DNA of 64,000 bases, taken from assembly GCF_018977255.1 (NCBI RefSeq), contig NW_024704743.1, positions 85,624,001-85,688,000 of the forward strand, in the 5' to 3' direction. Position 1 is the stretch's first letter. Each line of letters starts with the position of its first letter. Position numbers and translations under genes: made by a program. The notes under the pieces were generated by a model. The model was not told where the DNA came from. It saw nothing but the letters and a program-made list of their open reading frames with translations, and ran no database searches. The DNA is from Callorhinchus milii (taxonomy: Eukaryota). Positions 52,661 to 64,000 of this stretch are shown in pieces.

Positions 52661-54177
52661 TTCCTAATCCTACGTCTTATGGTCTTATTTCTTTTGCATC
52701 TTTGTTTCCCTAGTCTGGTCTTTGTTTCCCTAGTAGAGTTTTCCAGCCTTCAATAAGAGTTTAAATAACAGTTAATCCCAAGAACTCAAGTCCATGTTAA
52801 GGTGCCCCTGTGTTAGCCACGGTCTCATTGAGAGGCCAGTTGTGAGAATGCAATTAACTTGTCTTGTAATTGATTGTTCTTCAGTGTTGTTGTTGAATCA
52901 GCTGGAAACAGACCCCTCACTGCTCTAAATAGTGAGGTCTGAGAAGCTGGTACTTCCATAATGGTGTTTGTCTGGGCTTTTCCATTATAAACAGGCTCAG
53001 GGAGGGAGGGGTATCTACTTCTAATCCAATTGATATGAAAATATCACATGATACTGCAAATTGTATCCCATAACATGTTAGATGGGATGGAAAGGGGTAC
53101 CAACCCCAAGTTTGACTAGTGAAAATATGAGGATGAAAGTATAATTTGGATTATTACCTACCTTTGAGGATTGTACAGTAGTTTTGTAGAACATGCCCTT
53201 AAGAGATTACAATGGGTGACATAGAGTTTGTGATAGAGTCAGTTGTAATGGTCTGGTCAAGTAGTGGGATGATTGCCCTTTGGTTCTGCTATGATTTCTT
53301 ATGTATTTGCTTAAACAGTTTAAAATTGCCTGATCTCTGTGTTTTTACTTTCTCTGACCTGCAGTGGGAAAAGCTGAAATGTGGCATAACTGATTTGAAA
53401 CTGCAAGCAAAAGGGTCCAGAAAGTAAATGTTTTCATCATGGAATGTCCTGTACCAGTTACAAACTCACAAGTCTTGAACTTGGATGAGAACTCAGGCCC
53501 GAGCTAAAATCTCACTATTCGCCATTACATTTAGGGGTTTCTGTGGAGAAAATTAGAACACTTTTTAGAAGCCATTGTAACAGGTTCTTTGATATATCTA
53601 TTTCAGGGGCTGATAGATGTTGATGGTAGAAGCAGGTTCCCAATGGAGAAAGAAAGATATTCGACAGGCTTTACAGGCATCACATTAGGTTTATTGATTG
53701 GATTGAGTTTGCTGTTTGATGGAGGTATAGATTTTGTGGTGTAATGAGTTATTGGAAAGGATTTGTGGGGAATAACTCACATAAATTCTACGTTGCTAGA
53801 AACAGTGAAAATGAATGCAGACCTATGCTACTCGTGTCTTTCAGGCTAGATACCATTAGCATCATTCAGTTGGTGATGCCCTAAGACATTTCTCAAGTCC
53901 CTTGTAACAGCACAGGAGAATGTTCTGAACCACTGTTTGTGCGTGATCTGGTACACTGAACAAAAGACGGGATAGAGGGAAGGTGACCAAAGGCACATGT
54001 GAAGAGGTAGTTTTTAGAAGGGTTACGAAGATAGGGGGTGAGGAGAAGGTATTTTGGGGGATATTTCAGAGAACGGGGCAATACAAGGTGCTTAATCATA
54101 TTTGTGAGAAGTATTAATATTTGAATCAAATTAGATTTTAGTGCTGGTACAGTAAGTATTTTAGTAACAATTTTATT

Positions 54178-54449
54178 TGAGGGATTGTTGGCCAGGACAC
54201 CAGGAGAAACTCCCTTCTCTTTTCCAACAGTGCCATGGGATCATTTACATCCACCTGAACAGGCAGATGGGACCTCGGCTTAACATCTCACCTGAACGAC
54301 GTCATTTCCACAATGCAGCAGCCCACCCCACCCTAGCACTGCATTGGAGTGTCATCTTGGACTATATGATTTCAAGTCCCGATGTGGGGCTTGGACCCAA
54401 ATATCCTGATTCAGAGGTGAAAGTGCTACCACCTAGCCAGACTGACACA
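54178..54449 (-). mobile_element. SacSINE1-like DeuSINE, 5' part
   Basis: Minus strand reads tgtgtcagtctggctaggtggtagcactttcacctctgaatcag...gatcccatggcactg. Confidence 0.78.
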
Positions 54450-56380
54450 ATTGATCATTTTCGCTGTTTGGAATTTTAGTGCCATTTATGATTTGTGATC
54501 CCTAATAATTATTGAAATTAGAGTGAGACAGAGTTAAGATGATCCCTGTTTCTTCTGTTATCGGCTGACTCAGTTAGTACTCTTTCTGGGTTATGTGTTC
54601 AAGCTTCATGTTGGACCTTAAATTCTATAATCCCAGCTGATACTCATAAAATCACAAGATTGGTTTGGGCGAAGTAGACCCTTCAGACTATCCAATTTAA
54701 TCCTTCCAGAACATTTACCCTACCATGCCCCCATGAATCCAGTGCAGAACTGGGAGAGCCCTGCATTGTTAAAGAGCTTGCGTTCAGATGAGATGTTAAA
54801 ATCCGAGGTCCCATCTGGACGTTCAGGAGGAAATGAAAGATTCTATGAAAGCGTTGAAAAATGTACCACTAGACTCAATCCTCCTGATGTGAAAGACACT
54901 ATGTAAATGCAATTTGTTTTTGTTGTTGGATTATTGGTATCATACACATGTGCTCCTCTGCAGCTACAACACATGACAAATGGCATTGAGCAACCAAACC
55001 CATCACAATTCTGCATTTCCAGTAGAGAAGGGGTAGGGAATATTGTTGGAAAAGGTTAATTAAAAAATAATAAACCACAATCTTACTTCCTAAGATAATT
55101 CTGGTGTATTTTGTGATGCCATGAAAAGCGTGGGACTGATTCTGTTCTTCTTAATGAATGTACCGATCTTGGCATTGAGTACCTGCTCTCCACTGCTAAT
55201 TATGTTTACTAGCCTTGCATTTATACCACACAATATGGTTGTCATTTGTACAGCACCTCTCACATCAGGAGGACATCTCAAGGAGCTTTATGCTGGGACT
55301 TCTTCACACAATGCCCGCACTACCAAGGTCAGTAAATGGATCCACAAACAAACACTAATACAGTACACACTTACCATCAAGGCTGATGAGAGTGAGGAGT
55401 CCCATTTGTCCAAAACATCTACCATTGAGAGCTTGCAATAAATATTAGTCATAATGAATAAGAAAAATAGAACTACTGTATCTGTAGGATGCAAATACTG
55501 GTTTGAGCAACATTGGTAACCCTAACCACGAAGTGCAGTATGGTAAATGACTCTGGGCTCGATAGTTTAAAGGGACCTGTGAAACAACGTCTTTTTCTGA
55601 TAGTGCTTTTTCTGATCAGGGCACTTTCTCAACAGAGCTTGCTCATCGTACATTGCACAAAACAAGGATGCTAGCATGTCTCTGCTATTTATATTTTTCT
55701 GTTGCATTTCGAGAAGCTGCACTTCAGTGACCTGCCCTCCCACACACCAGGCATTGATCTAGAGTTGAAATGGACTGGCTGAGATAATTTTCTAAATGTT
55801 AGAGGACGCAGCATGGAGGATGTTAGAAATCAGCAGGTCTTGGCAAACTGGAATGCACAAAATGAATTTCTCCGGTTCTGTTGCATGAAGAAATTATCTA
55901 GGGATATTAAAACAACTAGTCTAGCTCCTGATATCATCTCAACAAAATAATACGACAAATCCAGTATTCTCTTGACATTTCCACACAAATTAATGCAAAT
56001 GTCCTCATTTATTTTATTTACATATATGTATTACAGTTGCTTAGTTGCTTAGATTCTTTCCTGCATAAAGGGCACTATAGAAATGCAAGTTTGTTGTTTT
56101 CTTTTTCCATGTTCTTTATCTTCATTTTAGAAATTTGTAGTATGTCGATTAGGAAGGTATTCAGATGTGTTAACGGTTTATTAACATCCCTCCCCTCACA
56201 TGCACACAATCCAATTCAATTCCCAATTCCGATGTTTGTAAAGCTGGGATGAACATGTGACTTTATGCTCGCAGACCATGCATGCAATTGACTGTTAGCA
56301 AGATAACGGCTTTACTCTTGAGAATGGGAGCAGGGAAGCTCAGACATATATGTCTACATCCCTAGTTCAGACATACATTT

Positions 56381-56790
56381 GTGTGTCAGCCTGGCTCAGT
56401 TGGTAGCACTCTCACCTCTTTGTCAGAAAGTTATTGGTTCAAGACCCATGTCGGGAGTTGGAACTCATATAGTCTAAGATGACACTCCAGTGCAGTGTTA
56501 CGGTGTGCTGCATTTTTGAAGGTGATGTCTTTTGAGTGAAATGAAAACTAAGGCTCTGCCAGCCTGTTCAGGTGGACTTCAAAGGTCCCATGGCACTTTT
56601 CGAAAAGAGAAGGGAGAGTGTGCTCCACATTGATTCTTTCTAGTCATTCAATGAGATTTGCTGTGTGCAAATTGGCTGCCATGTTCACCCACAAAAGAAA
56701 TGCACTGCATTTTACAGCAAATCCTGTGAAGTGTTTTGGGGAAGTCTCCTGATGTGAACGCACTATACCAAATGTAAGGATTATTATTCT
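56381..56790 (+). mobile_element. SacSINE1-like DeuSINE
   Basis: gtgtgtcagcctggctcagttggtagcactctcacctc...tcccatggcact...aaattggctgcc, then the tail. Confidence 0.82.
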
Positions 56791-57445
56791 TGTATTATTA
56801 CTATGAAGTTCTAACTTTGAATTTATGTTAGACTCCATTAAGTTCAGTTGACAGCATATTAAATATGATACATTATACATTTATATAGTGCTTTGCACTT
56901 TGGGAATATGGGAACCCACTCAGCTTGAGGGGTGGGAGCTGAAGAGAGTCTGGAGGGGAAAGATGACTGAAAGCAAAGTTAATTAAAGAGGAATGTCTTG
57001 AGGTGGGCTTTGAATGTGGGGAGGGAAAGAACAAGTTGGAGGGGCTCTGGGATGGAATTGCATTTTATTTCTTGCTAGATTGAACTTCACTATATTTGTT
57101 GGACAATGTATTTGCAAATAATAATGTAAATTTAGTGTGATAATAAATATGCTCAAGGAGCTGAGACCAGCTCGGGTGCACATCCTTGACTGCTCAGTGC
57201 TTTGGGACGTTCTCTCAACGTGAAAGGCAGTATACAAATGTAATTTGTTGTTGTTGAGTCATGAGCATTGGATTGGATCAGGCACAATGGAGCTGGGAAT
57301 CAGGAGCAGTTGGTTGGGTCAGGCTGGTAGCAGGAGCTGGGCACACACTCACACACACAATATGCTCAGTTAACTGGAACGCACAAAATATTCATAATGT
57401 CAACATTTCAGGTTTTATACACCTTTATTAATCACATGCAATGTG

Positions 57446-57795
57446 GGGGACTAGATGGCATGGTGAGTTAGAACACTGCTTGTTTGTTCTTCTGGATCTA
57501 GTTTGGATTTAGCCCAGGGTGATTGAATGAAACCCTCATTGACTGCCAGTAGTAAGGATCTAAAGTGAAGTGAGTTTGTGCAGTGAGCTCCCATTTTCTA
57601 GTTGGCACCAGTCCATAGCACAAAGGCGCCTACAGGTCAACACAAATTGGCACAAGATTACAGTATCAGTGAACATAGGCACAGTGATGGCTGGCGTATA
57701 AATTGGAAGTGTGGGAGTGGGTCAGAAGAAGGTGCTTTTTCAGCTCTAGATTGTTATGTTGTTGGCAGTGCCCTCCTCAGCACTCAATTCCCTCA
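57446..57795 (+). mobile_element. LF-SINE-related ancient SINE remnant
   Basis: Ordered blocks ggggactagatggc, atttagcccagg, gtgaagtgagtttgtg, ttctagttggcaccagtccatagcacaaa, acaaattggcac and gcactcaattc follow the LF-SINE consensus as I remember it. Confidence 0.6.
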
Positions 57796-58029
57796 ACTTG
57801 ATCAGTGTGAAACAATTAAACCAAAGAAACATTTAAAATTATAAACAATGAAGGAAACATATTCAGTCCATCAATAATGCAAGAAGAACAACAACAGCTT
57901 GCATTCATATCATGCCCTTCATGCAGGATAGCATCTCGGAGAACTTAACATTGGTGCCAAACTGGGACAATTATTAAAGCGGGATTGGGGGGAGTTCTTT
58001 GCTTGTCTATACTTTTGGTGGATTAATGT

Positions 58030-58457
58030 AATAATAATAATCATCTTTGCTTTTAGTATAGTGCATTTCGTATTGGGAGAAAGTCTCAAAGTGTGTTACA
58101 AGATCCACTGTAATTTGGAGTCACAGTGCATTTGTGGGTGAACACAGCAGCCCAACTGCAGCAATGTCTCACAAACAGCCATGAAACGAATGACCAATTT
58201 TATTTGAGGGATTGTTGGCCAGAACACTGAGAGAAACTCCCTTCTCTCTTTGCATAGTACCATGGGATCTTCAACGTTCATCTGAACAGACAGTTTAATG
58301 TTTCATTTGAAGGATGATACCTGACAACGCAACTCACCCCCAGCACTGCATTCGAGCGTCAGCCTAGAATACTTGGGTTTAAGTCCCGACTTTGGGTTTG
58401 AACCCACAACCTTCTGAGCCAGGCAAGAGTGCTACCAGCTAAGGAAGGCTGGCACAC
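58030..58457 (-). mobile_element. SacSINE1-like DeuSINE
   Basis: Reverse complement of the 19183 and 56381 layout. Confidence 0.8.
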
Positions 58458-59251
58458 CATGATGACAAATGCATTTCAACAAAGGTTAATATATTTAATG
58501 CGTAAGCAGAAAATAATCCCTCGTCTGTTTGAAATCTACACACAATCTGCCACATGACAATGGGGTGAAATGTGGTGATTCCTTAATACAGTGCAGCCTG
58601 TTATAATGAGCTGCGTGATATCGCTAATTCATTTACGCTGAAATGGTGGAATGGTGAAATGGTGAAATCCCACTAACTGTGCAGGGGTACAGCTGGTCGG
58701 CTCAGTACCCACCATGGCTAGCTGGTTCCTGAGATTAAAAATGACCAACTTCAAGATCATTAGGCAACCACTGAGGTTGCTTCCTGTATGTTGCATGTGT
58801 ACAGTTCGCAAGAAGTGACATCGATGGAAATCTGATCACCTGGAAGTGGGTCTTTGTAAAATGTGGGAACCTGCTATGTGCATGCCCAGTGAAACTGACT
58901 CGCACGGCCTCTTTATAGGGTTTGGGGTTTTAAGCATCTCAACCACCACATTATACTAAAGCTTCATTGTCTTGAATCTTGATTTGCAAATGGAGACTTT
59001 TCTGGTAACTGAAAGTTTGTTACATGGAACCATTGGAATCTTCATTACGGAATCCCTTAACATAATCTCTACCATTTTGACCCCAATGTTGCAGAAGGAA
59101 CTCTGTAAACACTATACAATGTCAGGGGAGTCTAGATGTATTATTAGAAACAATGCACAATGTGAACACTTCAGGTTGTGGTCAGTAAACCAGGTGAGCA
59201 GGTAAATTGAAGTCTGCGAGTAAGCTTGTCAAAGGGTTCTGTACAGTTCAA

Positions 59252-60195
59252 ACAACAACAAACAAACAACAAATTACATTTGTATAGCTCCTTCACGTCA
59301 GGAGGCCGTCCCAAGGTGCTTGACAATCAGAGATCCATATTCGAGCTGGTGGTTGGGATCAGGAGGTGTGGAGGCCGGTGACAGTAGGGGTAGGAGTGTG
59401 ACCAAAGGCACGGTCAAAGAGGAGGGTCTTGAGATGGATTTTGAGGGAGCCAAGGGGCACTGTGGAATGGAGTTCGAGAGGTTGGGGGCAGAGAGGCTGA
59501 AGGCGAATGGTGAGGCGGGCAAGGCGAGGGATGTGAAGCAGGCTGGAGCTCGCTGAGCTGAGGGAGCGGGCCGGTTTGGAAGGGATTAACAGTTCACAGA
59601 AGTAGGGAGGAGCAAGGCCATGGAGGGCTTTGAAGGTGATGACCAGGATCTTGAACTGTATCCTCTGAGTGATGGGGAGCCAATGGTGCCTGGTGAGGAC
59701 AGGGCTGATAGGGTCGTGGAGCCTGGTGTGGGAGAGGACATGGGCTGCAGATTTCTGGATGGTGATGAATGTGTGGATGATGGTCTCTGCAGCCTGCGGT
59801 GAGAGACTGCGGAGTCGGGCAATGTTGCAGAGGTGGGAAAAGGCAGAGTGGGTCATGGCACGGATGTGGGGTATAAAGGATAGTTGAGGGTTGAACAGGA
59901 CACCAAGGATCCGTATTGGCTCCATGAGATTGAGTGTGCATCCATGAAGGGTGATGCTGTCAGCGTCTGAGGTATGGAGGCGCTGATGGGAGCCAAGCAG
60001 ATGGGCACTGGTCTTATTGACATTCAACTGCAAGAAGTTAGCTCTCATCCAAAACTTGATGTCTGACAGGCAATCTGTGAGGACAGCTGTGGTGCTGGAG
60101 TCGAGGGTGGAAGCGGAGAGGGAGAGTTGGGTGTCATCTGCCTACACGTGGAAGTTGCCCGCATGTCTATGGATGATCACCAAGAGGGAGCATGT
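59252..60195 (-). mobile_element. L2 LINE 3' fragment
   Basis: Motifs MRANFLQLNVNKT, HWLPITQRIQFKILVITFKALHGLAP and LKTLLFDRAFG, with a (TTG)n tail. Confidence 0.92.
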
Positions 60196-60257
60196 AAATG
60201 TTACAACTTTACAGCTTTTGCACAACAAGAAAGAAAATCTTCAAGTTAGCACCTAAA

Positions 60258-60368
60258 TGGAGGCCTGTCGTGTAGTGGCTAGCGTGCTCACCGCACAAAC
60301 GAGAAGACCTGGGTTCGATTCTGGGTGGGGCGAAACCTTGGGCAAGTTTCCTTAATCTACAAGCCTCT
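60258..60368 (+). mobile_element. SINE 5' fragment with a variant tRNA-like head
   Basis: ggaggcctgtcgtgtagtggctagcg...gggttcgattct...gcgaaaccttgggcaagtttcctta. Confidence 0.7.
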
Positions 60369-60626
60369 AATATCACAATGATGACAAAAGGGAAATTTGA
60401 ATTTGATAAACCGGAGTCTTTTTTTAAAGAGCACTGGGGACAGTTCTCTAAGGGATTAATCAAAATCAAAATCCTAGATTTTATAGCCTGTTTAATAAAA
60501 GCTCTGACATTTTCTGTGGTTGCTAATTTTGAGGACAATGCAAACCTGAGAAACGGGGTCAGATGTAGCGCTAACAGAGCACGGGTACACCAGGATTACA
60601 GCAGGTGTGAGAGTGTGCACGGACAT

Positions 60627-60939
60627 GGAGTCCTGTAGCTCAGTAGTTAGAGCACTCGCTTTGCAAGCGAGAGACCTGAGTTCAATTCCAGGCAGAGGGC
60701 GAAACCTTGGGCAAGTTTCCTTACTCCACACGCCTAATAATAGTCCCACCAAAAACAATAATAAATTGGTCATTTTCAATCTACGACTGTTTGTGGGACA
60801 TTGCTGTGCGCAATTGGCTGCCGCGTTCGCCCACAAATATACAGTCAATTCACTTTACAGTGTGTTCTGTGAAGCGCTTTGGGACGTCCTCCCAACGTGA
60901 AAAGCGCTATATCAAATGCAAGGATTATTATTATTATTA
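60627..60939 (+). mobile_element. Young full-length short-form SINE (reference copy)
   Basis: A box TAGCTCAGTAG, anticodon-like arm CTCGC-TTTGCAA-GCGAG, B box GAGTTCAATTCC, then CORE-like, Deu-like and L2-type tail segments ending in (ATT)n. Confidence 0.93.
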
Positions 60940-61239
60940 GTCATGGGGCAGGAAGGGAAGACATCCTGCCAAGACCTGACTGGATTGTGATTCGGGGAAC
61001 ATTTTCACACCCAATTTCATTTTGCTATTTGTGCACAGGTCATGGTCAATTTATTTTCCCTTTATTCATGCTAGTCTCAAAAGGTCTCTCTCTGAAATTA
61101 GTGAAGGAGGTAATTGAACCATTGTATTTCTATCCCTCTGCCACAGGCAACACAGCAGTAGACCAGCCTCAGCATGCAAAAAGAGGCTCATTTTCCAGTC
61201 TTTTCAATGAGCTTTATAGTTGGGTATAATTCCAAACAA

Positions 61240-61600
61240 ATTGTTGCTTTTGATGTAGCACCTTTTATATTGGGAGAAAACTTCAAAACACTTCACAGGA
61301 TTTATTGTAAAGTATAGCGACTATGTAGACTGTAGGTGAATGGGACATCCAATTTACACTGTCCCACAAGCAATGTCCCACAAACAACTACAAAGTGAAT
61401 GACCACTTTTTATCTGGAGGATTGCTGGCTAAGGCACTGGGAGAAACACTTTTCAAATAGTGCTACGGTATCTTTAACATCCATCCGAACAGGCAGACAG
61501 GACCTTGGTTTAATATCTCATCTGAAGGATGGCACCTCCAACAATGCACTTTAATGGAGTGTCAACCTAGACTGTGAGGTCAAAATCTCAACATGGGGCT

Positions 61601-61632
<32 letters not shown>

Positions 61633-61650
61633 AACTTGGCTCGGTTGAAA
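61240..61650 (-). mobile_element. SacSINE1-like DeuSINE
   Basis: Minus-strand head gagccaagttggtagcactcttgcctctgagtcagaagg, followed by the Deu segment and tail. Confidence 0.75.
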
Positions 61651-64000
61651 CTGATTATGTTCAAATCCAATCTTGGAACCATTATTTGACATCCTTGTTT
61701 AGTTTTTATGTACGCAGAAGATTGTGTCTTTTATTTGCTTCATACAACTCACTCTTCATTTTAGGAAAAATTAAAGAATGACCCACTGCGAGATACATTT
61801 AATTCAACACCAGTTTATTATGCAATGCCATGCACTGTTCTCATGTGCCGTTGTATTTAAATTAACCATCACAGCAGGTTTCAACCATAAATTTGTGTTA
61901 TGTGCTCCCTTGTGGGCTCTGCTAAGTGCTCTTCTAATTGCAAGAGTAGCATTAGTGACTATAGAGTCAACTGGGGAGCTGCAGGAGACTCAGAAGACTG
62001 CTACTTGTATCTGCCACTTACCCTGATAGCACTGTATCACCATCATGATGCTATTGGTGCTGTGTGCTCACAGTGTTCTGAGAAGATGCTCCAACTGTCA
62101 CATGTCAGGGCCACAGAATTGTACAAAACTGCCTTATTTGCATGCTGGGTCGGCAGGGGAATATTTTGGTGTACTATTCTGTTATATCAAATGCAAGGAT
62201 TATTATTATTGCTTGAACAAGCACCTGCAGTGCCTCGTTCGGTGATGGGCTTTTGGTATCTTTGTACGTCATGATTATGTTCAAATGCACAGCTGTATAC
62301 AGGGCCTTCAATAACCCTTGCCTCTCAATGTAATGAATAACACGGTTCTTCTTTTGCTGTGGTTTACCTTAAGTACTTGCTAATCATTAAGTGAATTTGT
62401 AAACAAGCAGAAGAATGTATTTGCATTAAACATGAACCTTGCTTTTTAATAAATTATTTTTAATAAGTTACATGCAAATGTTGGTATAAATATAGTTTAA
62501 ATAAATGAATAAACATATATGAATTTAAATAAATGAATTTTTGCAAAAGCTATCTCTGGCTATCACAGCAACATTTTAGACATTATAAATTCATCCAAAC
62601 CACAAAAATATTGTTTCTTCTCAATTTTTTATAGGTGCTTTAATTTATGCTGGAAATAATCCCTCTCCTTCTCACTAAAAGCTCAAACTCCCAAAGTGGG
62701 TATGAAACTGAGCCCTGAAAAATAAAACTCGCTTGACTATCAAGATCAGTAAGTTTATCTATGATCAGAGATTCCCTCCCTGAATTTCCACAGAAGTTTT
62801 ATCTGTGTTTTTGTTGCCCCTTAACCTGGTGAAAATCAATTCACTTGAGAGTGGATAGTTACATAGAGATGGTTACAGTGCAGAAACAGGCCGTTCAGCC
62901 CAACTAGTCTGTGCCAGAATTTATACTCCACATGAGCCTCGTTTACCCACATGCTCATTATTTATTGGAGTGAATTATAATTTCCCAATTGATCCTATTC
63001 TAAGTGTCATTCAGAGAATCACAGATATTACAACAGACGAGTCCATTTGGCCCTTCAAGCATGTTATAATAAATAATCCTTGCATTTGATATAGTGCCTG
63101 ATCACGTCTTCGAGACATCTCAAAGAGCTTCACAGAATATACTGTAAAGTGTCATGACAGTATATTTTGTTCTGGGGCAACATCCCCCTCCCCCACCCCC
63201 ACCAATTGGATCTATGATACAAAAGGAAATCATAAATGAAAATTTATCAAAAGATAATAATACTCCTTGCATTTGGCATGTTATTATATTATTGAAACTT
63301 CTTAAGGAGCTTCACAGGGTTTACTGTAACGTAATGACTGTGTATTTGTAGCCAATAAAATATCAAAAAGAAAAATGATGCCTGGTTCGTGTAGTATTTG
63401 GATTTTAACACACCCATTGCTATAAAAGGGTGTTACAAAATGCCATTTTTTTCTGAGGTAAAGGAGTTTGAAATGAGTCAAGTGAAGAATTTAAAAGGCA
63501 AATTGATAAATGCTCAATAGGCAAGATGGGAGATGGAATTGAATTGCGGCTCAGCAACATCTTGAAAAGGATGGGTTGAATGCCTTATTCCTGTTTCTAT
63601 GTTCTTATATTAAATTGGTCATTTACTTCATGGCTGTTGGTGGGACATTGCTGTGCACAAATTGGCTCCTATATTCGCCTACAAATATAGTCAATACCCT
63701 CTATAAATAATCCTGTGAAGTGCTTTGAGACCTTTTGACAATGCGATGAGGTGCTATATCAAATGCAAGGATTATTATATTCTTTTTTGTAAATCAATTT
63801 TTTGAAAGCGAAACCGGATTGTTACTTATAGATTGAATTTAATAGGACTTCAATTTTTTTTCAAAACAAAGATTTGCAAGGTGAACTGAGATTTTTTAGC
63901 AAAGGACCTCACAGTCCTATTGACTGGAATCAATATGTTACATATACAGTGAATCACCAGAAGGGATATTTTCCTTGAATTTTAGTTATTACAATATAAA

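Noticed and set aside
60627..60700. tRNA-Ala(TGC)-like cloverleaf, also at about 7915-7986, 9620-9690 and 38690-38755
   Set aside because: It has no proper acceptor stem or terminator and runs straight into the SINE body. It is a SINE head, not a tRNA gene.
60607..60900. Recurrent peptide [45 protein letters not shown] in several ORFs
   Set aside because: This is the translation of a non-coding SINE. It recurs because of copy number, not because it is a gene family.
1..64000. CRISPR-like or other regularly spaced repeat array
   Set aside because: The repeated motifs are dispersed SINE and LINE tails in both orientations with irregular spacing. The only tandem repeats are short microsatellites such as (CA)n at about 44519-44537.

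Overview
Repeat-dense vertebrate DNA, most likely from a cartilaginous fish and possibly a holocephalan. That assignment is inferred from the SacSINE1/Deu-type SINEs, HER1-like CR1 LINEs and L2 LINEs. The only gene I can support is the 3' half of NUDCD1 on the + strand: five coding exons (8669-8873, 16183-16324, 20578-20703, 25901-26057, 28394-28686) that splice into one open frame, one of them through a non-canonical GC-AG intron. A poly(A) signal lies at 28960. The rest is intron or intergenic sequence filled with decayed L2 and CR1 LINEs, an 848-bp solo LTR, a hAT-Charlie-like MITE, a Ginger-like MITE whose empty target site is duplicated nearby, and several SINE families. The most informative signal is a tRNA-derived SINE combining a CORE-like and a Deu-like domain. 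Its copies show a stepwise change (an internal deletion, then a tail stem-loop matching the youngest L2), which suggests SINE-LINE co-evolution. I found no CRISPR array, rRNA or genuine tRNA gene, and no convincing new protein-coding system. Almost all ORFs in the supplied track are repeat artefacts. Family names come from remembered consensus sequences and need a database check.
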